Assembly (NCBI GenBank): GCA_047495785.1
Contig: JBLDXI010000023.1
Coordinates: forward strand, 1,054,001 to 1,118,000
From: Lepidodermella squamata
Taxonomy: Eukaryota; Animalia; Gastrotricha
Direction of reading: 5' to 3'
Length of the DNA stretch: 64,000 nt
The position numbers and the translations under genes are program-made. The notes below the pieces were generated by a model. It worked only from the letters and a program-made list of their open reading frames with translations. It was not told the DNA's origin and did no database searches. This document shows, piece after piece, positions 31,275-44,583 of the stretch (positions are counted from its first letter, which is position 1; each line of letters starts with the position of its first letter).

Positions 31275-34200
31275 TCAGATTTCTGTGTAAACGGAGAAGT
31301 AAAGATTAACTCCCAAGACGATGAATAGCGCAGCCAGAAAGGCCATGAAGTCATAGACACGGATTAGTGACAGCGCTTTGCAGCAGCGTAGCAGGGTAAT
31401 TTCGGTTAAAAGTTTGGCTTCTATACGATTTGTCATGAAGGCTGAAACAACAATCTCATACAACGCCAAGGCAGCCACAGTTGCTGTTAGGCTTAGAACG
31501 TAGTTGGCATACAGGATCTGGGTATCAGTCTCAGGAACGCTGCGCAAGACGTCAGATTGCGCGACGACCATTGACAGCATGATTGTGCAACAAATTGCGG
31601 GACGATCTGGAGCGGCTGGCTCCATTAGCAGGCTGCCGAATCCGAGAAACAACAAAATGTAGCAAGGGATCATGAAGTTCACAATGTAGTAGTTGGTATC
31701 ACGTTTGAACTTTAAAACGACCTTGGCGTATGAAACAAGTGATGTTGCTCTTGACTTCGAAGCCACGGTACCCTTTTCAATCTTGTAGTTCTCAAATTCC
31801 CAAACACCGTAATCAAGAGAGCCAACTATATTAACAAATACCCCGCCGATCGAAAGGAACTCAGTATTTTCCTCGAGTTCCATTGTCATATCGCAGGTTT
31901 GATGGTCAAAAGGAAACGTTGTTAGGTCTAGCTTGCAACTGCTCGCTAATGTTCCAACACGTATCCAATGGAAAAACAAGGTTCGATTCGGTCGGGTTGG
32001 GTAGTAAGCGATTTCAATCTTCTCTCCGCATACTGGATTTGTTATATCGAAATCGGGCGTTTTGTTTGGGAAAATCATCGAAGGTCGCCATATGTCAGTC
32101 CGCCTGGTTGAAACAAGCCGTTCTTTATCTTCAGCTCCTGGTGCTGTGTATCTTGCGTCGCAAGAAGAAACCGCCCATTGCAGAAGGATGGAACCCCAAA
32201 AGTAGACCCTTTGCTGGCCCTGCTCGACAGACTCGATGTTATCGAGGTCTAGACTGATGAATACCGATGTAGCGCGTCCCGGAGCCCGCTGTTCGACACC
32301 AAGATAAGGGCACGGGGTAAGATCATCTGTTGCAATTGTTGGTACCATATTCCCAGCCAAGAGCTCTGGAACAGGAAAGCCTGTAACTGGATCGTAGTAT
32401 GAGCTCTCATTTCCTAGATCTGTCATGGAATTCGAACTTCCCTTTTCCGAAGTTGCGAGGCTTGTGGATGTTGTTATCGCATTTGTTTGTTTGATCGACG
32501 TGCTCAGTGAGGCGTATTGCTGCGTAGTAGTTGTCATGAGGCTGGTTGATGAGGATGACGATGTCTTCGATGATGACGAAACAGTCGTCGTTGTGTCGTT
32601 TCTTGTCGGCGACAAAATCCAAGTCATGCTTTCCAAGAGAATAATGATTTCGAGAGGTTTCAGGTGCAAGGAAACTTACAATCGCCTGACATTGACGGTA
32701 CCCCTGAATACTACCATTTCGGCCATGGTATATCCCGTTATGTATCGTAAGTTGGTGAAGCATATAGCCGAAGGAGTCGTTCTATATCCAGGCAACGCTG
32801 TAATACCAACCTGGGAGAAAATCATTTACCGCCGATAATAAAAAAGAAAGATACCAACCGTCACAGTGTAGTTGACCTTTTGTACTATCAGCCTGTACTT
32901 CGCATTGCCGCTTGAATCAAACAAGTTCGATAGACCGCACGCTGGTTGTGACACACTGGTGTAATTGAACGGCACTGGGGTAAAATTCATGACTTTGGCA
33001 CTGTCAAACGCCGCGTAAAGCTCCCCACCGCCGTTCGCAAGTCGGTGAGAAATGGTCAATCCATTGTAATTCAGCATAGCATTATTGCTGCTCTGGCCGT
33101 CAGTTGAGCCTGTCAATTCAATATAAATGATAATAGCTTGAGGGTTTCAACTCTTCAACTTGCCAAAAGACTTCCACGCATAAAGGGTGGGGAAGCTCAG
33201 GATAAACCAGGACGACGATCCATTCGTCGGATAATAGGCGTCTAAATCCACTTCGATGCGCCAGGGCCAATTCTCATGAGTATTACCAAAGTCCTGTGAG
33301 ATACATCACAGCTTGAAAATGCCTAATCAATCAGACCATGCTCACCCCTGATATGAATGATAGCGGTGAGGGTGACTGAAGGGTGCAGCCTTTCAGGTAG
33401 GAGCATGACGTAGGTCCCCATCGATGCGTCCAGGCCGTGATGCTGCTGTTATAGCCGTCAAAGCTGTTGATCATGTGAATGGAGGGAGGCCCAGCTAAAT
33501 CAGTCGGATAAGGCACAGTAATGGTGTCTGGTTCAGGGAGCACGGATCCTTGCGTATTCCAGAAATAACTGCGTTTAGAAATGATGCAAATACAAAAACA
33601 TATTTCTCTTCTGTCCTCTTTGAAAGACAAATCTTTCAATTATGAATTTCAATTAGAAAGAAAACATTTGCATCATGCCATCTATATCAGATGTTGGAGC
33701 AATCCCTCTGACATTGGAATCGATTGAACAGTTCACTATTCAGGAAGGCAATAACATAAACACAACCCTAGCGAAAAAGCCTTCGCGTGTACATGCATCG
33801 ACTATGAATTGACTTGCATGTCGGTGGCGCTATACATCGCATGCCAACGAGTTGTGGTTTTTTAACTAGGGAACGTATTTCCTTTGGCTGATTTTCACTC
33901 ATCATATCATTATCTTTTTTTATCTCTTCAATATCTTTCTCGAAAGTGGCCTACTCTAGGGATCGATCTCTGCTAGATGTTGGAGTAATCTGTCCGAAAT
34001 GCGACTACAATGAAGGACATTTTTCAAATGGATATTTTTGCAAGATGACTTAGCATCATAGTCGCGCGATATATATTGAATAGGCAGCAATCAACTTACA
34101 ATTTCCGAATGATGATATCAGAATCCGAACCCATTCCGATGAAGAAAGGTCCACAGTATGCCTGGGCCATCATCAGGTTTTGCAAAGCGTAAACTGTCCC

Positions 34201-35193
34201 TGACATATCTACGTCTTCAATGCAATTCGTCGACTGTAAGGAATCACTGCCGTTCAGAGGAATAATAGAAACCTGACATTTCGAGTATAATTGTCGAGGT
34301 AAAATGCCCGTCTTTAAACATCAAATAACTAACGTTATACGTGCGATAATTACGCTGCGCTTGGAACACGATTCGATACGTCAAGCTTCCGGCATTTGTC
34401 AGAACATTATTGTTACCGCAGCTTGGCTGCGATTCGCCAAAGTCTGTACTCCCGTTTATCGGGGGTCGATAAGAGACGTTGCCGCTTGGTAGTTTGAACT
34501 CAGAAAAGCTTGCATAGATCTTACCGCCAATTTCGAGCTTGTGCCAGATCGTCGCACTTGCTCCGTAGCTGCTAAAAGTATCGTAAATCTCAGCTGAGCT
34601 ATTTGATTTTGCTAAGGTTAAGTTCGAAGTTCGAGGTATAAATCATGAGAGGCTCGAAATCTGACCTGGTATCATGTCAAGTTTTTTACCGATTCCAAAC
34701 CCGAACCACGCGTCGGAGTTGCTGGTTTTGTAAGTAACAGAAACCTCGACTTCAATTCGAAACGGAGCCACCAAGCCATGCTTATCAGTTATCAGCTGCG
34801 AAATAACTTCAATTGGTTGCTTTAGTCTTCAAATGGAGACAACTCACTGTTCCTCCAACCATTCCGAAAGTTTTGTTCAAATTTGGCTGCGAAGAAATTA
34901 GCTGAATGCCATTTTGAACGTATTCAGCTGAGTAGGAGAGAGCCAGGCTGGAGTTTCCGTTGAGATTCCCATCAGTTAGGTCGAAAGACAGGTCAGCTAC
35001 ATATCGTGGAGTCCCTGCCAATGATTCTTGAAGAGGAACAGAAGTCGTGTCTGGTATAGGGTCTCTTCCTGATTCAACAGCACCTAAATTCACGTTTTAT
35101 TCATAATCAGTTACAATACTGACGCAATTTTAAACCTGTGGCGGCAGACAGAATTATAACGGCGGAGACCAAATATGAGTTAGAATAAAGCAT
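31275..35193 (-). CDS. Cys-loop ligand-gated ion channel with two tandem extra N-terminal domains and Ser/Thr stalk, copy 1 (10 exons)
   Basis: Last exon has IWRPSM, CKLDLTTFPFDHQTC and 4 TM. Exon 9 splices in frame (cga tt|c atg act tgg; intron 32629-32679). Signal-peptide exon starts at ATG 35193. Confidence 0.85.
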
Positions 35194-37320
35194 TATCAGG
35201 TAAATTTAACGAAAAGCGGAACAAGATTTTTCGCTGTTTATCATCTCAGCTGCGACGCCGTGATAGAAAGCATTATCGTTTACAGATTCACCTTTTAGTA
35301 ACCAAGGCTCGAAAGCGAATGACAGACATCTATGGCTTGTATTGCCTTCATCTCAAATGTTTATAGAGGAGCTGCATAAAGTTTTTGCTCGGCGTTTGTC
35401 GACTCAGACAATTTTCTCTTCTGAATTTATAAATATTTGAAGTAATGCAGAAAACAGGTTTATTAATTTTTAATTATCTCATACATGTAATATATTTTGC
35501 ATTGGTCTAAGAGTAAAGGCCGTTGTTTTCCTTGCTCCTCGGATATAAAGCTTGAATGAAAGTATAACCCACATACCGCTTCAGACATTCAAAGATGCCG
35601 CCTCGCAGTGTATCAGTGAAGAGCAATATCCCATGTGCTGTCGATGATCATTATTCCAAAGTCCAGATAACAAAGCAACGAATTAGTTGGCAGAAATACA
35701 CCTAGGATTGAGGGCCGGTTCAAATTCTGAGAAGCTGATACTATTTGACGTTGTGCACGCGTACAAATTTCTCTGGTCACTGGGGCCGAATTCAAACCTC
35801 AAATAAGCTTGGAAAATATTTTTTTAACATCAAACTTTTTCTATCATCAAACTCTTTTTCAACAGCAAAATTCGGGATTTATTATTTGATAGGCAAGAAT
35901 ATACTTTCATGATAATGTTGCGGAGGTGTTGTGCTACATGCGAAAGTCCGGCTACGAACGATGTCAGTGCCGGGCAAAGTTGCTTCTCGACGGCGAGACA
36001 TGGGTGCTGAAGCATTCGGCATTCGGGGCGAAGCAGCGTCACAAGGCGGCGTAAAACGTTCCGGCAGCTTAACCTTGAAGGGCCCTGGCTAATTTCACTC
36101 ATTTGAATCATCGTCTTCGACAAAATGGGAATCGTAAAATTATTCGGACAAATATTCAAAAATTCATTTTTTGGGCCAAAAATCAAACATTTGTCTGTAA
36201 CTTTGCAAAATTGCAGCTAACTCAATTTTTCATAATTTCTTAAACGGGTTCGACAGAACAAACCACATTGTTCGTCCGAATTTTCTGTTATTTTTCCGGA
36301 CTGGTCATCATCAATGAGTGCGGGTCGCAAAAATTAACATATCGAAATTTGCTGTTGAAAAAAGAGTTTGATGATAGAAAAAGTAATTTGATGTTAAGAA
36401 ATGTGACCCCAAATCTTCTAACGCGTTTTCCTGCGACAAAAGTGTCGAATAAAACCATAGAATAAAACGATTGCAAAAAATAAGTAAATTCGTTTTCAAT
36501 TTCAACAGTAATTTTCTATTAACAAAAGCTTAGGTTACTTATATGCTTGCGAAATTCTAAATTTAAATATTTATTGTTCATTGAATTCAAGTTAGAAATT
36601 CTGAAACTTCAGACTGCTATTTTTCATTGAAAATTATCTTCATCGCCAATCATAGACCGATTTTGCTCATTGCCGGCCCTCGTTCTTTAACCAAACGCTA
36701 AAATTGTCTTGGTTATTACGACGGCGAGCCCACTACGCTTCAGCCATTGCATCAAACTAATACAGTCTGAACATACCAGATTTTGGATAGATTCATAGTA
36801 TCTTGCATTTCCTTGCTTCTAGTGAGCCAGGTCACATCGGGAAGCTGGTCTCAGGGCTGTCATGCTGAACACCCATCACAGGGTAAAAGTTGTTACAATT
36901 GAGCACTGGCTCTTGGCTCTTCATGTAAACATCCTCAGATAAATAGCAAAGTTTAACATTTCCAAACACAGTCCAAGCAGTTTGAAGCATGATCACAGGA
37001 GTGATATTTGTTAGTTAAATTTATGAAAATGACCGTCTGATGTCCTGAAATCCTGCTTTATTGATTCAAGATTAGTGAACATAATGGGTCAATAAGCTCA
37101 CAGTAAAAAGTAAATAAAATACTTATTAATTGTTGATAACAATCCTCTACAGCTGAATATCCGCTCGAGTTGAAGGAAATACAGCGGGCAAAGTAACATG
37201 GCGATATGTGACCTAAGCGCTTAACTGCGTGTAACACAATACGTATTCTAGCTTGTGTAATTTGAATTTAGAATCTAGTTAGCAAACACAAGCGAGCTGA
37301 GTTGTTGATTTTTACGCAGC

Positions 37321-40300
37321 TCAAAAACCTGCGACAGCAACCAAGTACAAATTGGTGCTTAGGATGAAAAACCCAGCCGCAAGAACTACCAGGATGTCAC
37401 AGACACGATTGAATTCCACTGGTTTGAAGCGGCGAAAGAGTTGGATCGGAATTGCGTATTTTACTGCATCCCGAGCCATAACTATTTCATAAATGGCAAC
37501 GGCAGCCATAGTCGCGTTGAGACTCAAGGCATAGTTTGCTAACAATATTTGCTGATCAGTCTCAGGAACGCTTCGCAAGACATCAGATTGCGCGACGATC
37601 AGTGACAGCATGATTGTGCAGCATATGGCTGGGCGGTCCGGGACACTTGGATCCATCAACAGAGTACCAAGTCCAAGTACTATCAGGATGTAGCAGGGGA
37701 TCATGAAATTCACAATGTAATAACCATATTCACGTTTAAACGTCAGCGTAATCCGTGCATAGGAAACACGCGAAGACGCCCTTATTCGCGATGGCATTGT
37801 ACCCTGTTCACTTTTGTACTTTGATAACTTCCAAACGCCGAAGTCGAGAGACCCAACCACTTTAACGTACAGCCCGCCGATAGATAGAAACTCTGTGTTT
37901 TCCTCTAGTGCCATCGTCATATCGCAGGTTTGGTTGTCGAAAGGAAAAGTTGTCAGATCCAACTTGCAGCTGGTTGCGAATGTTCCAACGCGGGTCCAGT
38001 GGAAAAACAAGGTTCGATTCGGTCGGGTTGGGTAGTAGGCGATTTCAATCTTCTCCCCGCATACCGGATTGATTATGTCGAAATCGGGGGTTTTGTTGGG
38101 GAAAATCATCGAAGGTCGCCATATGTCAGTTCGCCGGGTTGAAACGAGCCGCTCCTTGTCCTCTGCACCTGGGGCTGTGTAGTTAGCACTACAGGTGGAT
38201 ATCATCCACTGCAGCATGAGTGAGCCCCAAAAGTAAGCCCTCTGTTGGTCTTGGTCGATCGATTCGACATTTTCTAGGTAAAGAATGGCATATACCATCG
38301 ATGCCCGTCCAGGTGTTCGTTGCTCGACCCCAAGATACGGGCACGGAATAATATCGTCGATGACTACTGTCGGCATGAAATTCCCAGCTATGAGCTGCGG
38401 AACAGGGAATGTCGTTATTGGATCGTAGTAGCGTTCTCCGCTGGTTTCAGAAGACGGCTGAGCTGAGACTGCAATATCTGATATCGCTTCAATTATCGAA
38501 GAGGTCGTACCAGAACTCGCAGTTTGGGAACTCAACGTCGATGGCCCTGGCTGGTCGGAGGAGGACGATGAAAATGGTTGTTTTGAGGAAGTTGGCAAAC
38601 TCGTGGATAACGACGGTTGAGAAAGAGTAGTGGTAGTAGCCATTGATGTTGGCAACCATGCCCAAGTTATTCTTAAATAAAGGTCAATAATACTAGAAAT
38701 ACAATGTGCCTCATATCTCATATGTATTGCGCAACTGCTTTTGAATTTTTTCCAGAGAATTTCCATATTTTTTATTAAATGTTGCTATCTTCAGCTGTTT
38801 GCATCCTTGCTCCACGATTCATAAGAGTAAAATGCAAGTTCATCGAAGAAATTCGTGTACTCTCCTTGTGGGAATACGCGACTTGCACAAAAGGTTTTGC
38901 ACAAAATCGATTTTTTTCATTCGTTCAAATCGTCGAATTCTAAGCATCGCCGGTACACTTGTTTTGAATGGTTGTAAACAAGAAGGAGCGCGTGCAAATT
39001 TATTTCTACGGCACATGATGTTAAATTTGCTTGTCTTTGACGGTTTAAAGGCTCGTTTTCTCATCAATGCGGGAGACAATTTTATTCCAATTCACTGTCA
39101 CTTAAATAAAAGTATCAGCGATGCTTAGAATTCATCGACCATTCGAACGAATGAAAAAAAGTCGAGTATACCCCTCGTTCGCGATATTTATGAGACACGC
39201 TGTTTTCTAATAGTTGAAGCTTAATCGAATTTCAGCCTTACGCTCTCCTAATGATAACAGTTCCATTGAATCCCACCAGATCTAACATGCTGGAACCATT
39301 GAGATACGGAAGGTTGGTGAAACACGTGGCAGGTGTTGTTGAGCCAAATCCGGGTAGTGCCGTAATCGTAAGCTGAAAAAAATAAATAAATTTATAACTT
39401 GCTTAATTTGAGCTTGAAACAACCGATCCAGAGTAATTTATTTTCTGGAATATCAGCTTGTACTTGGCGTTGCCACTCGAATCGAATAGACCAGACAAGC
39501 CACAGGCAGGCGTTGTCACTTGAGTGTAATTGAACGGTACCGGGGTCAGAGATCTGACATCTGTGGGGTAGTAAGCTGAGTAGAACTCCCCTCCTCCCTT
39601 GGCGAGTCGCTGTGAAAGTGTGAGACCATAGAACCATCTCATCGCATTAGTCCCCTGACCAACAGTCGAGCCTAAAATCCTCAATAATCAAGTCATCTAA
39701 AGGAGTCCTGTTACTTACCGAAAGACTTCACGCTATTGAATACTGGGAAGTTAAGAACCAACCAAGATTGAGATCCATCTGTCGGGTAATTTGCATCTAT
39801 ATCTATTTCAATTCGCCAGGACCAAGTGTCAAGTAGTTGCCCGAATTCCTACAGCAACAAATAAAGATTTCAGAATGATATCATAGAGAAAACAATAACC
39901 ACTCAATCAATGTGGAAAAAAATTCCGCAAAGAGACTAACGGAAATTGTGACTTGCGTAGCGGGTTGAAGAACGCAGCCTGTTAGATTGACACAAGTACC
40001 ATTCGCCCATCGATTTGGGAAAAGCGTACTGCTACTGTCGTACGCATCAAAGCTGCCTGTCTCATGCAACGTCGGAGCTTCAGTTAAACCAGACGGCAGG
40101 GGCAAGGTAGCCGTATCCGGCCCCGACGGAAGTATAGTGGCGCGAGTTCTCCAAAAATATCTCAAGACACATTGGTATAGCATTACTACGATGATGTAAT
40201 ATCAACTCACAATTTTTTTACGATGATATCAGCGTCTGATCCGATGCCCATGAAATACGGCCCAAAGCGAGATTGTTGTGCCGCAATGTGCATCATCACA

Positions 40301-41596
40301 TGGAATTGAGTATAAAAGCCTCCCGCCATGTCCATATCTGCAATGCAATTGCTCGCAGCTAGCGCTTGGTTCCCACTCAGCGGTACAATTGAAATCTGGT
40401 CAGTGCAAAATAAGCATGTTTACTTCAAATTCCCAAGGTACTTCGATTTACATTAACAAATTGGAGACCTCCTTCCCGTTGTAAATCAAACAAATCTCCC
40501 ATTTCAAGCTCCATTCCCCGCCCAGAAACCGCAAAACAGTGCAGGGGAATCAACGAAGGAACCCTTCGGTGATTAATTTTGGGTTTGAAAATACCCCTTA
40601 GGTCAAGTTTCCTATCCCTCTCACTGTCACAAAATTCTCGATTTGATTTGAAAGACAGATAAAGGGTCTCCTCTCGAAAGTCTTTCTCAGACTACTGTAC
40701 TGGAGAATGCATTAAGACTAAACATCACTAAAATACTAACGTTGTAGGTTCGATAAACACGCTGCGATTGGATGATGATCCTATAGGTCATGTTTCCCGA
40801 ATTCGTGAGCATCGCAGCATTACCACAGCCTGGCTGAGACACGGCGTTATCCGTAACACCATTCATCGGTGGTGGATGAAGGGTTTGAGACACCGAGGAA
40901 GGACTTTGAGCATAGCTCACGTAGATTCTCCCTCCTGTTTCCAGCTTGTGCCAAATTGTAAAACCTGCTCCATAGCTGTAGAAGGAATCAAAGTTGACTG
41001 AAATATTGTTCGACTTTGCTATATATTATGGGATAAATAATATGTTGGGGATTTTAATATTGATCCTGAATTACCGGGCGTAAAGTCGGATAGACATCCC
41101 AGTCCGACTCCGAACCAAGCGTTAGGATTACTCGGTTTAAAACTGACGCTCACATCGACTTCCATCCGAAACGGTGCCAGCAATCCAAGATTGGTTGTTA
41201 TCATCTAAATGGAATAAAGTCGAAAAATAAACAATTCGCCCCGAAATCCTCAATCCTCACCCTTCCATTGGCTAAGCCGAATGTTTTATTTGCATTCGGC
41301 TGCGAGGAAATCAGTCTAATGCCGTTTTGAAGCAATTCAGATGAGTAGCTAACTGTCAAGTTGGAATTTCCGTTCACATTTGCATCAGTTGCGTCGAATG
41401 ATAGCTCTGAAATGTAACGCGGGTTGCCTGACAAGAATTCCTGAAGGGGGATGGAAGCAGTATCTGGTACCGGGTCGTATCCACAGTCGACCACGCCTAA
41501 TTGTTGATTTAATAAAGAAATTGTACCTAGTATGAAGTTGATTTGCAAACCTGAAGCCGCGGCCAGTATGATGAACTGTGAGATGATAGTAGGCAT
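37321..41596 (-). CDS. Extended Cys-loop channel, copy 2
   Basis: Same exon series; exon 9/10 join aga gc|a ata act tgg is in frame; signal peptide MPTIISQFIILAAASG. Confidence 0.82.
38907..39165. mobile_element. MITE-like insertion in the last intron of channel copy 2
   Basis: ~55-bp inverted repeats (tcga-tttttttcattcgttc...gaattctaagcatcgc / gcgatgcttagaattc...gaacgaatgaaaaaaagtcga). Confidence 0.55.
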
Positions 41597-42379
41597 CTGT
41601 AGCTCGCTATCGTTCAATATGACTTTGGTCTTCCTCTTTTCTATTATGCCGTCTGATGCGTATGTTGGGGCTCTGGCTTTTAGCATTCCATAGGATCAGC
41701 GAGAATACTTCAGTCAACAGTCTAAATTCTCAAAATATCATAAATGATTCATTGAATTGAGGATCAAAAAGCTTTTACATCTCTCAATGGCTGCTTGCAG
41801 GTGCTGCAGACTATCTGCGATTGGAAAATTGACGAAATGGGGTGTTGCTGGACGGCTTGACTGCAGCATTTGTCCATAACCAAACATGGATGCCGAAAAC
41901 CATGAAATTTATCGATTTGTATAGATAATTATCAATATGATGAAATACTTCTCCCTTGTAAATGCAAAAAGCTCACTTGTGCAAAAGGCACGAGAGCGTA
42001 GGACGTAGGACGTTTTCTATTCTCGCTCCATTCTGCATTGAATCCGCAGACATCGTAAAATTCAGTAACACCAAGGCTTGAAAGCTTCACTTGTGCGGTC
42101 GGCAGCATAGGACGCTGGGACTTGCAGAAAAATCAGAAAATGGGTGATTTTTTATTGAGGTCCATTTGAGGAGCCGATCACAAGGTCATCCAAGGGGGTT
42201 ACATCAAGACGGCTATTACCCCGTGTTTCGTACTTGAGATTTTATGGCTATTTGTTACTTTCATATGAAGTTTAAAAGCCGCAAATGGTTCGAAAGTGAG
42301 TGCTTTATTTGTTTTTCCGATGGTTTCAGTCAGTAATCTGCTGTTACAACGGGTGGAATTAAGCTTTGGTACGCGGTTA

Positions 42380-42900
42380 ACGAAGCTGTCGTCCAACTGG
42401 CGAAAGATTACAACGAGGCGATTTCCGACGGTTTCAGACGATAATCAATTTATTTCTCTTTGCAGTTCCTAGTGTTTTGGCTATCGACGAAGGATGAGCT
42501 GAGGGCTATTCCTAATGTTTACGTTTACGAAGACTTTATTAAGTAATTCGAGCCAATTTATGTCTATGGTCCGCTGTCGTGTTGGTATGAAGGTGCCTCT
42601 GATTTGATAATAATAACGCACTATAACTAATAACGCAACTGAATCGCTGAATAACCGGCTAAAGGCTGAAGGAACTGATATGACTGTCCCGCCCTCACTG
42701 CATTTCTCTCGAAACCCCTGGGTTGCTGAGCCTAGACGTGGTCGCGGGCGTGGTCGTAGTACGGCTTTTGTTCCAGCCTAAGTTGAACCTGTGGTTTCTG
42801 AACCAAGGCGTGGTCGTAGTCGGTTAACAGATATAACATCGATATCTGTTGACTAAACTGTCTGTAGCCGAGGTCGAGGTCGTGGCTAACTCACCAGCTC
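42380..42900 (+). mobile_element. Degraded MULE/Mutator-like transposase remnant
   Basis: Broken-frame translation WYEGAS...TNNATESLNNRLK resembles the MULE TNNxxESxN motif; RGRGR-type repeats follow. Confidence 0.4.
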
Positions 42901-43899
42901 TGTTTCTGTCGACGTAGGAAAAAAACGGAGGGCTAACAATTCGAAATAAGCGCCGGGGTTGACATTTTAAAACAGCTTTCTAATTATTCGTCGGAAATCA
43001 GTATCTTAAAGTGTCGGAATATACTGTGATTGAATTGAAGCTTTTCCGATGAAATGATGCATTTTTAATAGCGAAATATTTATTCCGATTACCGATTCCA
43101 CGTTTACCCTAACAGTAATAACAATTAATGCGTAATTCTCCTGTCCTCTCTTTTCTGTCTTCGCCAATACATTTAAATAATTCCCACGTCATGATCAGAA
43201 CTATATGTATTATAACTTTATATTATGTATTATAACTTATATTATAACTATATGTTATGCACGTGTATGTATAGATAATATGTATTTATTTATTGTGTTG
43301 ATTCGAAACTATTCCAGGACGCGCCCAAAGCCCACCCGTAGCCGGTTCTATTTAATTTGTTTTGATCGAATAAAACATTGCTTGCTTTATTCCGATGGTT
43401 CCGAAGGTTTCAGATAAAAATGGTACGATGAAAGTACTTATTGTTCCGATGATTTGAAATTACTTCCAAAGCACTCGTAAATCATTCCTATCTGGATTCT
43501 TCTTGACTTCCGAAGGTAACGAATGAATTGGCATGTGTAGTCGACCCGGAAACCTTCTAGCTTCTAATACTGCGGACCGAGTAACCAGTATGATTAGCTG
43601 GGAATTTATACAAATTGCTCCAAAGCGTTCGATGTGAATTCCCTCTCCTACTTTTCCGTGTTGACGTCTGAAGCGTAGATTGGGAGCTTTTAGTATCCCA
43701 GGATTAGCGAGAAAAGTTTGGTCAATTTTATGCCAGCGGATGAAATATACCTGCGACTTGAACAGATGAGATCGATATTCAGTGCTAAGCCAGATTTACT
43801 CTGAGCATGACTCTGTGCGTGATCTGCAGGAAATTGAACAAAAATTAACGCCCATTTAGCAAACATTATCAATTTTTTGATTCCTCATATCCTTCATCA

Positions 43900-44303
43900 A
43901 ACAGAAGTGCAGCTGCTCGAACTGAAGAATTCTCTGGCATTTCATCTTATTCCCTTGATGTGTTGAAGCAACTTCAAATAGCCAGTAAGCTATGCTTTGT
44001 ATCTGCCACCTTAATGCACACAATTTGTCCTCCAATGCGACGTATAAGGCCGCTGAAATACTGACTGCGAATTGCAATATTGGACCAACAGCTAATTCGC
44101 CGACTGAATACGACGACCAGCCATCAACTTTACGTCTTGTCCTTCAGGTTGACAGGTTTTACTGCGTTAACGACGTGGAGCAATCAGTCGCATTCAAAGG
44201 CGTTCTACAGATGATATGGATAGTTCCCTGTGTTGCGAACTACGTAAACAATCCGGCTAATCAATGGCCAGCCAAATTGAAGAAGCTGATACATGAACCG
44301 CCA
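43900..44303 (+). pseudogene. Truncated 5' fragment paralogous to the Polinton-interrupted channel gene
   Basis: HLNAHNLSS...NQWP..L...EPP is nearly identical to the N-terminus of the 2821 ORF; similarity stops after EPP. Confidence 0.85.
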
Positions 44304-44583
44304 GATAGCAGGATTTTCATTTAAAACATCTACAAGATTGAACAATATCCAGAAAGGATAGTGAGAAGTCTGCTATGAAGAGCAGCCGAACGTCGGAGTA
44401 GGTGTATGAAGTTGACACAGAGACAGCCTTGAAATCAGCCGGTTTATAACGGGCGTCACATCTGGATTCTGAATATTGATAATTCAACCGAAACTGTCAC
44501 AAAGCGCCATGGGTTTCAAGAAAAGAAAAGAGAGAACAGAAGAGGGCGTGTCATGGTGACTGTTTAATGAATGTGTGCGTGTT

